The translations under genes and the position numbers were made by a program. The notes under the pieces are model-generated. The model worked only from the letters and a program-made list of their open reading frames with translations. It did not search any database and was not told where the DNA came from. Shown piece by piece: positions 1 through 8,078 of a stretch of 45,171 bases of DNA (position 1 is the first letter of the stretch; each line of letters begins with the position of its first letter). This DNA comes from Desulfurivibrionaceae bacterium (GTDB lineage Bacteria; Desulfobacterota; Desulfobulbia; Desulfobulbales; SURF-16). The stretch covers positions 1 to 45,171 of the forward strand of contig JBFFNX010000001.1 in NCBI GenBank assembly GCA_041562995.1, given 5' to 3'.

Positions 1-13
1 AGGACAACCAGGT

Positions 14-2350
14 ATGGATTCCTCACCGGAGAACATCATCGCCCAAAAACTCTATGAGATCATTCCGGCGACAGAGCTCAACAGTTGGGAGATTGAAGAG
101 TTGCTCGCCTGTTTAACCACGCTCCCGCAAGCAAAACAGGATCTCCTTCTCCACCAGATCTCGGTGATCTGGCCGGTGAGCCACTCCCTGTGCTTAGCCT
201 TTCTCGAGGAAGCACAATCGGCCTTGGCCTGTCTTGACGAAGAACAATTCGCGGCCTGGGTCCGCGGTATACTTGATCACTATGAGGCCCAGGGCCTTAA
301 AGAGGCCCGGCGTTTCATGGCCGATCTCGACAACCATTTTGTCTGCACCCTGAAGGGCCAGACCGGCCTGCTGCTCTCGGCCGTCAAGAACAAGCTCAGC
401 CTCTATCTGCGCGGCATTGCCGGTCGCCCCTTTGACCTTGAAAAGGCCGCCCTGCCAGGCACGGATACCGTCACCATCTTTCTGCCCAGAAATATCACCC
501 TGTTTAACACGGACACAGACAACTTTCTGGTCTATAAATTCCTGGCCTCCCTGCAATGGGCCTTTGTCCGGCTGAACCTCTACTGTCACGATGTTGCTGA
601 CGAGAAGGCGCTCTTTGCCAAGCTGGGCTGCCCGGTTCCAGGCGAGGTGAGTTCTGACATCTTCCTCAACAGATTTTTCCACTCCTTTGCCAAGCCCAAA
701 CAGGCCATGGCTATCTACCATTTCCTGCAAACCTTTCGCGCCTTGTCTTTCCTGCAAAAAAAACTGCCGGGCCTGATGGCTGACAGCACCTCTTATTTCA
801 AGAAGATTTCTGCAGAGCTCACCACCAGCATAAACCCCAAAAACCCTCTCGCCGCCGAGTACCGCGCCCTTATCACCCAGCTTTGCGGCAATCAGCCCCT
901 AGAGCTTCCTAACGGTATTGTCCACCAAAACTGTCATCGCCACTCCTGGCAGAATGGTACCCAGATCTTTATTGATACAGCAGAGATTTACCAGAGCTTG
1001 CAAAAGGACGATTACCGTGCTGAGACCTCTCCACCTTTTTTCCAGGGAAGTTTTAACATCGAAGAGGCCCATGCCCGCCGTCTGGCCCGGCGCAAGGAGG
1101 TGGAACAGCAGTTTATCGAGGCTCTGGCCATCCGCATCATGCCCTCTCTTGCCAAGAAAAAAGAAGAGGTCTCGCTGGATAGTGGCCAAGCGGACAGCCC
1201 CCAGCAACCTGACAGCGGTGCCAATATTACCCTCCGTCTTCCGGCCCAACAGGACGAAAGAGAGGAGATGGAAACCACCGATGAGCGGGTTGTCCGCCAT
1301 ATCCGCCTTGATGATGAGAAAATCAGCCTCGATACCAAACTTCAGGAACTGGGCCGGGAAATCCTTGATGACGTAGGTCACCTGCCCCAACTTTATCTTG
1401 ATAGTGCTGAAAAAATGGCGGCCGGCCGCAGTTATGAGCCGAACCTGAACACCAAAGAGCAAGAGGGCTCAGCCCTTAAGGGCGTTAACCTTTATGATGA
1501 ATGGGATTTTCGGCGCCAGGGCTTTCGCCATAACTGGTGTCATCTCCTGGAAAAGGAGATCCCGCCCAGCGGCGGCACCTTTATCAGTACAGCCTTGAGC
1601 GAACATCGGGGGGTCATCAAACAGCTCAAGCGCCAGTTTGAGCAGATGCGCAGCCACCACCGTTTTGTGGGGCGACAGCGCGACGGCGACGACATTGACC
1701 TGGACGCCCTCACCGAGGCCCTGGCCGACCACAAGGCCGGCCTGCCGCCCTCGGAGCGCCTCTTTATCCGCCAGCTCCGTGACCAGCGTGATATCGCCGC
1801 CCTCTTCCTCGTGGATATGTCCTCATCCACCGAAGGCTGGGTGGGCAAGACCATCAAGGAATCGCTGCTGGTCATGGCCGAGGCCATGGAAAGCCTGGGA
1901 GATCGCTACGCCATCTACGGCTTCTCCGGCATGCGCCGCACCCGTAGCGAGGTGTTCAGGGTCAAGGAGATGGAGGAGCCCTATAACGAGACAGTGCAGG
2001 GCCGCATTGCCGCTCTCGGCCCCAAGGATTATACCCGAATGGGGCCACCCATCCGCCATTTCAGCAAAATGCTCGCCGCTGTCGAGGCCAGGGTCCGGCT
2101 GCTGATCATCCTCACCGACGGCAAACCTGAAGATTACGACGATTACAAGGGTGAATACGCCATTGAAGATACCCGCCACGCCCTGATTGAGGCAAAGAAC
2201 GCCGGCATCCACCCCTTCTGCATCACCATTGATCATCAGGCCCAAGACTACATCGCCCATCTCTTCGGTGAGGTCAACTACCTCTTTATTGATGACGTCA
2301 AAAAGCTGCCCAGGCGGATGCCGGACATGTATCGGCTGCTTACCACCTGA
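14..2350 (+). CDS. NorD/CbbO-like von Willebrand factor A (vWA) domain protein
   Basis: 778-aa ORF. The C-terminal vWA/MIDAS-type region (DMSSSTEGW ... LTDGKPEDYDDYKG ... IHPFCITID) is typical of NorD/CbbO partners of MoxR-type NorQ/CbbQ ATPases. Any ATPase partner would lie upstream, outside the window. Confidence 0.75.
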   Translation: MDSSPENIIAQKLYEIIPATELNSWEIEELLACLTTLPQAKQDLLLHQISVIWPVSHSLCLAFLEEAQSALACLDEEQFAAWVRGILDHYEAQGLKEARRFMADLDNHFVCTLKGQTGLLLSAVKNKLSLYLRGIAGRPFDLEKAALPGTDTVTIFLPRNITLFNTDTDNFLVYKFLASLQWAFVRLNLYCHDVADEKALFAKLGCPVPGEVSSDIFLNRFFHSFAKPKQAMAIYHFLQTFRALSFLQKKLPGLMADSTSYFKKISAELTTSINPKNPLAAEYRALITQLCGNQPLELPNGIVHQNCHRHSWQNGTQIFIDTAEIYQSLQKDDYRAETSPPFFQGSFNIEEAHARRLARRKEVEQQFIEALAIRIMPSLAKKKEEVSLDSGQADSPQQPDSGANITLRLPAQQDEREEMETTDERVVRHIRLDDEKISLDTKLQELGREILDDVGHLPQLYLDSAEKMAAGRSYEPNLNTKEQEGSALKGVNLYDEWDFRRQGFRHNWCHLLEKEIPPSGGTFISTALSEHRGVIKQLKRQFEQMRSHHRFVGRQRDGDDIDLDALTEALADHKAGLPPSERLFIRQLRDQRDIAALFLVDMSSSTEGWVGKTIKESLLVMAEAMESLGDRYAIYGFSGMRRTRSEVFRVKEMEEPYNETVQGRIAALGPKDYTRMGPPIRHFSKMLAAVEARVRLLIILTDGKPEDYDDYKGEYAIEDTRHALIEAKNAGIHPFCITIDHQAQDYIAHLFGEVNYLFIDDVKKLPRRMPDMYRLLTT

Positions 2351-2504
2351 TTTTTCTTTAGGTGCGACATTGTACCGCCCATATTATCTATCATAAATCA
2401 TTACAATAAATTTCAACATTTTCAGTCTTCAAGAAAAAAATTGTACTCCTGGTAAAGTTCCATATACACTTTTTCTAGCTACCGGTTGCAAATAGGAGAA
2501 AGTG

Positions 2505-3611
2505 ATGATTATCGGTGTACCAAAGGAAATCAAAGAAAAGGAATTTCGGGTCGGCATTGTCCCGGCTGGCGTCAAGGCCCTGACTGAAGCGGGCCACTCT
2601 GTACTTATCGAAGCAAATGCCGGGGAAGGCAGTGGTATTACTGATCCTGAATACGCTGCTGCCGGTGCCACCCTTGTCTCTTCTCCCGACGATGTCTATG
2701 GCCAGGCAGATCTTGTTATGAAGGTCAAGGAACCCCTGGGCGAGGAGTTGTCCCTCCTCCGGCCAAAACAAATCCTCTTCACCTATCTTCACCTGGCCCC
2801 AGCGCCGGATCTCACCGACAGCCTTCTCAAAAGTAAGATTCGGGCCGTTGCGTATGAAACCGTCCAGCTCGACAACGGTTTTCTGCCCCTGCTCTCCCCC
2901 ATGAGCCAGGTGGCTGGCCGCATGGCCATTCAGGAAGGGGCTCGTTTCTTGGAAAAGGAGGAAGGCGGGCGCGGCCTATTGCTGGCCGGGGTTCCCGGCG
3001 TTGCACCTGGCCATGTCACCATCCTCGGCAGCGGCACCGTGGCCAGCAATGCCGCCCAAATAGCCATCGGCCTTGGGGCCCAAACCACCATCCTCGGTCG
3101 TAACCTGCAAAGGCTGGCCGAACTTGACGCCCTTTTCCAGGGCCGCCTCACCACCCTCGCCCTTAACCAGCATACCATCGAACAGGAGCTCAAAAAAGCT
3201 GATCTGCTGGTGAGCGCCATCTACGTCCCAGGAGGCCGCGCCCCAAAACTGGTGAGCCGTGCCATGCTCAGCCTGATGAAAAAGGGCTCGGTCATTGTCG
3301 ATGTTGCCATCGACCAGGGCGGCTGTATCGAAACATCCAAGCCCACCTATCATTCTGACCCGGTCTTTAAGGTGGATGGCATTCTGCATTATTGCGTGGC
3401 CAATATGCCGGGCGCAGTGCCCTGGACCTCGACCTTTGCCCTGACCAATACCACCCTGCCCTATTGCCTGGCCATGGCCAGCAAGGGCCTTGAAACAGCA
3501 GCCAGGGATGATATCGCCCTCTATCGAGGCATCAACCTCTTTGACGGCCTGCTTGTCAACCGTCAGGTCGCCGAATCTCAGGACAAACCCTGGCAGGAGT
3601 TAACACTCTAA
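2505..3611 (+). CDS. ald: alanine dehydrogenase
   Basis: The N-terminus MIIGVPKEIKEKEFRVGIVPAGVKAL and full-length colinearity match the Ald family. GGAG at 2495-2498 lies 6 nt before the ATG at 2505; the track start at 2502 is GTG. Confidence 0.9.
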   Translation: MIIGVPKEIKEKEFRVGIVPAGVKALTEAGHSVLIEANAGEGSGITDPEYAAAGATLVSSPDDVYGQADLVMKVKEPLGEELSLLRPKQILFTYLHLAPAPDLTDSLLKSKIRAVAYETVQLDNGFLPLLSPMSQVAGRMAIQEGARFLEKEEGGRGLLLAGVPGVAPGHVTILGSGTVASNAAQIAIGLGAQTTILGRNLQRLAELDALFQGRLTTLALNQHTIEQELKKADLLVSAIYVPGGRAPKLVSRAMLSLMKKGSVIVDVAIDQGGCIETSKPTYHSDPVFKVDGILHYCVANMPGAVPWTSTFALTNTTLPYCLAMASKGLETAARDDIALYRGINLFDGLLVNRQVAESQDKPWQELTL

Positions 3612-3627
3612 TCCATAACACAAAATA

Positions 3628-3639
3628 GTTATCGATAAC
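3628..3639. promoter_or_regulatory. perfect 12-bp palindrome GTTATCGATAAC, candidate Fur-family (PerR-like) operator upstream of the Sec-peroxiredoxin gene
   Basis: Palindrome read directly from the sequence. It is embedded in AAATAGTTATCGATAACCATTAC, which shares AAATAGT...TTAC with the reverse complement of the palindrome upstream of the Fur-family gene at 12396-12407. Confidence 0.4.
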
Positions 3640-3818
3640 CATTACCACGCAAAGACAGAGGACCAATTGCAAGGGGTATACATCTACCACCACAGGAGGA
3701 CTTTATGGCAAAAGAAGGCATCACCGGCTGTGCCAGACCTACCGGCGGCCTCGTCGGTGAAGAAAATGAATCCACCCAAGAACAAACAGCTTCCCGCGAA
3801 CCAAAGGAGACGAGAAAA

Positions 3819-4427
3819 ATGTTAATGGTCGGACAAAAGGTGCCTGATTTCACGGCCCCCGCATATCACAATAACGAATTCACCAATGTCCAACTTTCAG
3901 ATCACCTGGGCAAATGGGTTCTCCTTTGCTTCTACCCGGGCGATTTCACCTTTGTCTGAGCCACTGAAATTTCAGCGGTCGCTGAAAAATATGCTGAGTT
4001 CCAGAAGCTCGGCGTTGATGTTCTTTCCATGAGTATCGACAGCATGTTTGTTCATAAGATGTGGAATGATGATGAGTTGAGCAAGATGGTGGAAGGTGGC
4101 ATACCCTACCCCATGCTCTCTGATGCGGGCGGCAAGGTCGGCACGGCCTATGGCGTCTATGATCCGGATGCCGGCGTGGAGACCAGGGGCCGTTTCATCA
4201 TTGACCCTGATGGCGTTCTCCAGGGCTATGAGGTTCTCACCCCGCCGGTTGGCCGTAATGTCAACGAGACCCTGCGCCAAGTCCAGGCCTTTCAGCTCGT
4301 CCGCGAGACCAAGGGCGGTGAGGCCACTCCTTCCGGCTGGACGCCCGGCAAGCCGACCCTGAAACCTGGCATCAATCTGGTCGGTAAGGTCTGGCAGGAA
4401 TGGAAGACCAAGCAGGCCTTTGAATAG
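3819..4427 (+). CDS. selenocysteine-containing peroxiredoxin (AhpC/Prx1 family); in-frame UGA at 3957-3959 read as Sec
   Basis: Track ORFs 3705..3959 and 4029..4427 share a frame and are separated only by this TGA. The TGA replaces the peroxidatic Cys: FYPGDFTFV-[TGA]-ATE versus canonical FYPxDFTFVCPTE. Homology continues through the stop ([27 protein letters not shown]...). GGAG at 3806-3809 lies 9 nt before the ATG at 3819. A SECIS-like hairpin lies downstream. Confidence 0.85.
3970..3987 (+). promoter_or_regulatory. SECIS-like hairpin (7-bp stem UUUCAGC/GCUGAAA, GGUC tetraloop) starting 11 nt after the UGA
   Basis: Read directly: tttcagc-ggtc-gctgaaa. The spacing and the G/U-containing apical loop resemble the bacterial fdhF-type SECIS. 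The hairpin after the fdhA UGA in this window (44584-44602) has a comparable GGUCU loop. Confidence 0.6.
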
Positions 4428-4548
4428 GACTGCTGTGCTGGGCCGGTATCTCCTCCTGCGGCCCTTCTGAGATGCGCCATTATTTCTGGTCAGACCAGGT
4501 GTAATGGCGTATTGTTTTTTACGGATCATAACACAGAGGAACAACGAC

Positions 4549-4908
4549 ATGAAAAGCCCTAGTCCCAAAACCGTCCTCTTTGCCTTCCGTGACGACCCCA
4601 TGTGCTTTATCCACGTCCTCCTCAATGGCATTGATCTCCATGACCGGGGCAGGGAAGGGAAGATTGTCATCGAGGGCGAAGCGGTCAAGCTGATCGCCGC
4701 CATCGCCCAGGACAGCCATGCCCTGAACACCCTCTATAAAAAAGCCAAAGGCCTTGGCCTTATTGCCGCCGTCTGCCTGGGTTGCGCCACCAAACTCGGG
4801 GCCTTGGAAGCTGCCAAGGCCGAGGGCCTGCCCCTGGTGGGCGACATGAGCGGCCATCCCAGCATGGGAAGCTATATTGACGAGGGCTACGTGGTCATCA
4901 CCTTTTAA
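4549..4908 (+). CDS. DsrE/DsrF-like family small sulfur-relay-type protein
   Basis: 119 aa counted from the ATG at 4549, which is preceded by GAGGA. The pattern KTVLFAFRDDPMCF...LIAAVCLGCATKLG...GYVVITF resembles the DsrE/DsrF/DrsH-like fold. It lies 121 nt downstream of the Sec-Prx gene on the same strand. Confidence 0.55.
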   Translation: MKSPSPKTVLFAFRDDPMCFIHVLLNGIDLHDRGREGKIVIEGEAVKLIAAIAQDSHALNTLYKKAKGLGLIAAVCLGCATKLGALEAAKAEGLPLVGDMSGHPSMGSYIDEGYVVITF

Positions 4909-4941
4909 AACAGGCTAACCAGTAAGAGATCTCCCCTATCC

Positions 4942-5784
4942 ATGAAACCGACAACAAAAATTGTCATCCTCTCTGTTGGCCTCGGGCTCATCCTCTGGCT
5001 CACCGATGCCAGCCTGGACCACTACATCTTCCAGACAGGATCATTTCTTGATGTATTGATTTTAGATGTGCCAAGCCGTGGCCTTTGCACCAGAGCCCTC
5101 ATCCTCATCTGCTTCATCATGTTCGGTATTGTCGGGGCCCGGCTTCTTACCCTCCAGAAAAAGGCCGAGCTGAAACTTGCCACTGCCCTTGAGTTTCAAC
5201 AGCAGCTGGTCAACGCTATCCCTGTCCCTGTCTTCTACAAGGATCTCGCTTACCTCTACACAGGTTGCAATAAAAGCTTCACAGACTTCTTTGGCTTTTC
5301 CAGTGAGGACTTGATCGGCAAGGGCGTTGCTGACCTCGTGCCCAAAGAGATTGCCGACGTCTGCCAAGAAAATGATGCCGATCTTGTAAAAAAGGCAGGG
5401 GTGCAAATAGACGAGTTCGATCTACAGCATATAAGCAAGGGCAGGCGCCATGTCCTCTTTCACAAAGCCACCTTTCATAACCCTGATGGCAAGGTGAGCG
5501 GTCTCATTGGCACGATGCTCGATATCACGGAAAGAACAGCGGCTGAGAAGAAACAAGAGACGCTGACTCTCGAACTCCAGGAGGCCTTGAACAAGGTCAA
5601 GACCTTAAGCGGTTTTCTGCCCATCTGTGCTTCCTGCCATAAAGTTCGCGCCGACCATCCCCATGGAAACCAGATTGAAGATTACGTCCAGAAGCATCCC
5701 CAGACCGAGCTCAACCACCGCATCTGCCCGGACTGTATGCGCAAACTCTATCCTGATTTCGCCGAAGACATGGGAGACACATAA
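4942..5784 (+). CDS. membrane-anchored PAS-domain sensor protein with a C-terminal Cys-rich motif
   Basis: Two N-terminal hydrophobic segments. PAS-like core (PVPVFYKDLAYLYTGCNKSFTDFFG...GRRHVLFHKATF...LIGTMLDITERT). C-terminal motif LSGFLPICASCHKVRAD...HRICPDCMRKLYPDF. Confidence 0.7.
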   Translation: MKPTTKIVILSVGLGLILWLTDASLDHYIFQTGSFLDVLILDVPSRGLCTRALILICFIMFGIVGARLLTLQKKAELKLATALEFQQQLVNAIPVPVFYKDLAYLYTGCNKSFTDFFGFSSEDLIGKGVADLVPKEIADVCQENDADLVKKAGVQIDEFDLQHISKGRRHVLFHKATFHNPDGKVSGLIGTMLDITERTAAEKKQETLTLELQEALNKVKTLSGFLPICASCHKVRADHPHGNQIEDYVQKHPQTELNHRICPDCMRKLYPDFAEDMGDT

Positions 5785-5858
5785 CACCTTACTACCCGGA
5801 GTCTTGCCGGCAACCAGCACGCCCTCTCTTTTCACTCCAGCTCTTCACGTCATAATTA

Positions 5859-7004
5859 TCAAAGAGCGAGCTTGAGAATCTCGGCAATGACCTCTTTGCT
5901 GTACATGGCGTCAATCCCCCACAGCTTAGCCAGCTCTGCGGCATTATCAGCAATCATCGCAATATCCTCCCCGGCAATGCCGGCATCCTGCAGCCGGATG
6001 GGGGCGCCGATCTCCTGAAACCATGTTTCCAAGGCCGTAATACCGGCCTCAGCTCCCTGTACCCCAAAAATCTTATCGGCAAAACGCTCAAACTGGGCGG
6101 GATGCTGCCTGCTGTACCAGCGCATCCAGGCGGGCATAACAATGGCAAGACCGGCACCGTGGGCAATATTATAGAGGGCGCTTAACGAATGCTCGATCAT
6201 GTGATTGGGAAAGGAGTAGTCGCCGACTCCGGTTGGGGTTAGACCATTGAGGGCCAGGGTGGCCGTCCACATGAACTCGGCCCGCGCCTCGTAATTATTG
6301 GGATCCGTGTGGATCACATTATGGCTGGCAATCACCGTCTTGATAATGCTCTCCACCAGCCGGTCCTGCAGTCTGGATCCCGGCTGCTTGGTGAAATAGG
6401 CCTCAATGACATGGGCAATGGCATCCACGGCCCCGTAGGTTGAGTAGTCGGCCGGCACGGTGCAGGTCAACTGCGGATTGAGAATGGAGACCTTAGGATA
6501 GACGAAAGGGGAAGAGATATTATACTTCTGCATGGTCTCCACATTGGTCACCACGCTATTGCCGTTCATCTCACTGCCGGTGGCAGCCAAGGTCAAAATG
6601 GTATAGATGGGCAGGGCCGCAGTGACCTCCTTGCCCGTAAAAAATTGCCAGACATCGTCACTGGCCAGAGCACCCACGGCAATGGCCTTGCCCTCATCAA
6701 GCACCGAACCGCCACCCAGCGCTAAAATTGCATCGACCTTCTCTGCCTTGGCAAGCGCCACACCTTTGCGGGTATGGGAGAGAACAGGATTAGAGACCAC
6801 GCCGCCGAACTCGACAAAAGGGACATCGCTCCGGCCCAGGTTCGCCTTGACTCGATCAAGCAGGCCTGACTTCTGGACCGATTGGCTGCCATAGACCAAC
6901 AACACCTTGGCCAGGCCGGCAACTTTGAGCACAGGACCGATACGCTCCTCCTGCCCACGACCAAAAATAATCCTGGTGGGATTATGAAACTCAAAATCAT
7001 CCAT
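5859..7004 (-). CDS. iron-containing (group III) alcohol dehydrogenase, YqhD/BdhA-like
   Basis: 381 aa. N-terminus FEFHNPTRIIFGRGQ, plus GGGSVLD and His-rich metal-site motifs typical of Fe-ADH. GGAGAA precedes the ATG. Confidence 0.9.
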   Translation of the reverse strand: MDDFEFHNPTRIIFGRGQEERIGPVLKVAGLAKVLLVYGSQSVQKSGLLDRVKANLGRSDVPFVEFGGVVSNPVLSHTRKGVALAKAEKVDAILALGGGSVLDEGKAIAVGALASDDVWQFFTGKEVTAALPIYTILTLAATGSEMNGNSVVTNVETMQKYNISSPFVYPKVSILNPQLTCTVPADYSTYGAVDAIAHVIEAYFTKQPGSRLQDRLVESIIKTVIASHNVIHTDPNNYEARAEFMWTATLALNGLTPTGVGDYSFPNHMIEHSLSALYNIAHGAGLAIVMPAWMRWYSRQHPAQFERFADKIFGVQGAEAGITALETWFQEIGAPIRLQDAGIAGEDIAMIADNAAELAKLWGIDAMYSKEVIAEILKLAL

Positions 7005-7044
7005 GTTTTTTTCTCCCTTATGACATTATGGCTCAAGTTGAAAA

Positions 7045-7911
7045 TCAACCTTCAAAAACCTTCTTAACGGCGGCAAAATCTTCATCCCCAAGACCTAAAG
7101 CCATCGCCTCTTCATAGAGTTCCCGCACTGTACTGCCCAGGGGGATTGTTGCCCGGCTATCATCTGCGGTCTTACCAATAAAACTCAGGTCCTTGAGCAT
7201 ATGTTTGACCGGAAAACCGGCTGGATACTCGCCCTGCTTCAACATGTCGGCCTTGGCCTGAAAAAAGCCGCAACCCAAGGGACCGGCGAGGACGGTATCG
7301 AGCACCTCGGCTACCGTGAAACCGCATTTTTCACCAAGGGTAACTGCCTCACCAAGGCCGCTCAACATGATACCAAGGAGCAGGTTAATCACCATCTTCA
7401 TGCTGGTTGCTTGGCCAACCTCGCCGCAATGAACCAATTTCTTGCCCATGGCCAAGAGGAGTGGCGATACCACCGCAAGCTGTGCTGTGTCACCGCCAGT
7501 CAGGATCACCAAGGAACCAGCCTCGGCGGCATCGGTGGAGCCGGATACCGGTGCCTCAAGAAACGTCACCCCTTTATCAAGCAAGCGGCCGGCAAGCTCC
7601 CTATTGTAGGGAGGAGGGACGGTACTCATATTAATGATGACCTCACAGCGCGAGCCAGCACCGACAAGGCCCTGCTCGCCCCATATAACGGCATCAATGG
7701 CCTCAGGGCCGGTGAGCATCATAAAGACAAGACGCACCTGCCGACCTAGCTCCAGAGGTGTGTGTGCCACTGAAGCCCCAGCCCCGGCCAATATGTCCGC
7801 CTTGGCAGGGCTTCTATTAAAGAGCATCACGTCATTATCAGCAGCCATGAGATTGGCTGCCATCCGGCTCCCCATCAGGCCCAGTCCGACAAAACCTATT
7901 TTTTCAGTCAT
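7045..7911 (-). CDS. NAD(P)-dependent beta-hydroxyacid dehydrogenase (3-hydroxyisobutyrate / 6-phosphogluconate dehydrogenase NAD-binding family)
   Basis: Rossmann motif KIGFVGLGLMGSRMA at the proposed N-terminus (Met21 of the track ORF). It ends 40 nt upstream of the ADH gene on the same strand, so the two are probably one operon. Confidence 0.85.
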   Translation of the reverse strand: MTEKIGFVGLGLMGSRMAANLMAADNDVMLFNRSPAKADILAGAGASVAHTPLELGRQVRLVFMMLTGPEAIDAVIWGEQGLVGAGSRCEVIINMSTVPPPYNRELAGRLLDKGVTFLEAPVSGSTDAAEAGSLVILTGGDTAQLAVVSPLLLAMGKKLVHCGEVGQATSMKMVINLLLGIMLSGLGEAVTLGEKCGFTVAEVLDTVLAGPLGCGFFQAKADMLKQGEYPAGFPVKHMLKDLSFIGKTADDSRATIPLGSTVRELYEEAMALGLGDEDFAAVKKVFEG

Positions 7912-8078
7912 GGGATTCGCCCTCGTTGCTAAAGAAGTTAAAAAAAGCCGGAAAAGGGGGGCCGCAGCCAATGGCCATGTTTTTCAAAGCTCGCCCGAGC
8001 CCGGCAAAAAGTGGCTGAAGCCCACGCCTATCACGAGTAGAAAGATTCCACATCACGTCGTCAAGCCGAGTACAGCAA

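Noticed and set aside
3705-3818. N-terminal extension of the peroxiredoxin starting at the ATG at 3705
   Set aside because: The 38 extra residues have no counterpart in Prx proteins. The ATG at 3819 has a well-spaced GGAG, and its product starts where homologues start.
3972-4730. 252-aa minus-strand ORF overlapping the peroxiredoxin and DsrE-like genes
   Set aside because: It is a shadow ORF. The plus-strand frames have strong family homology.
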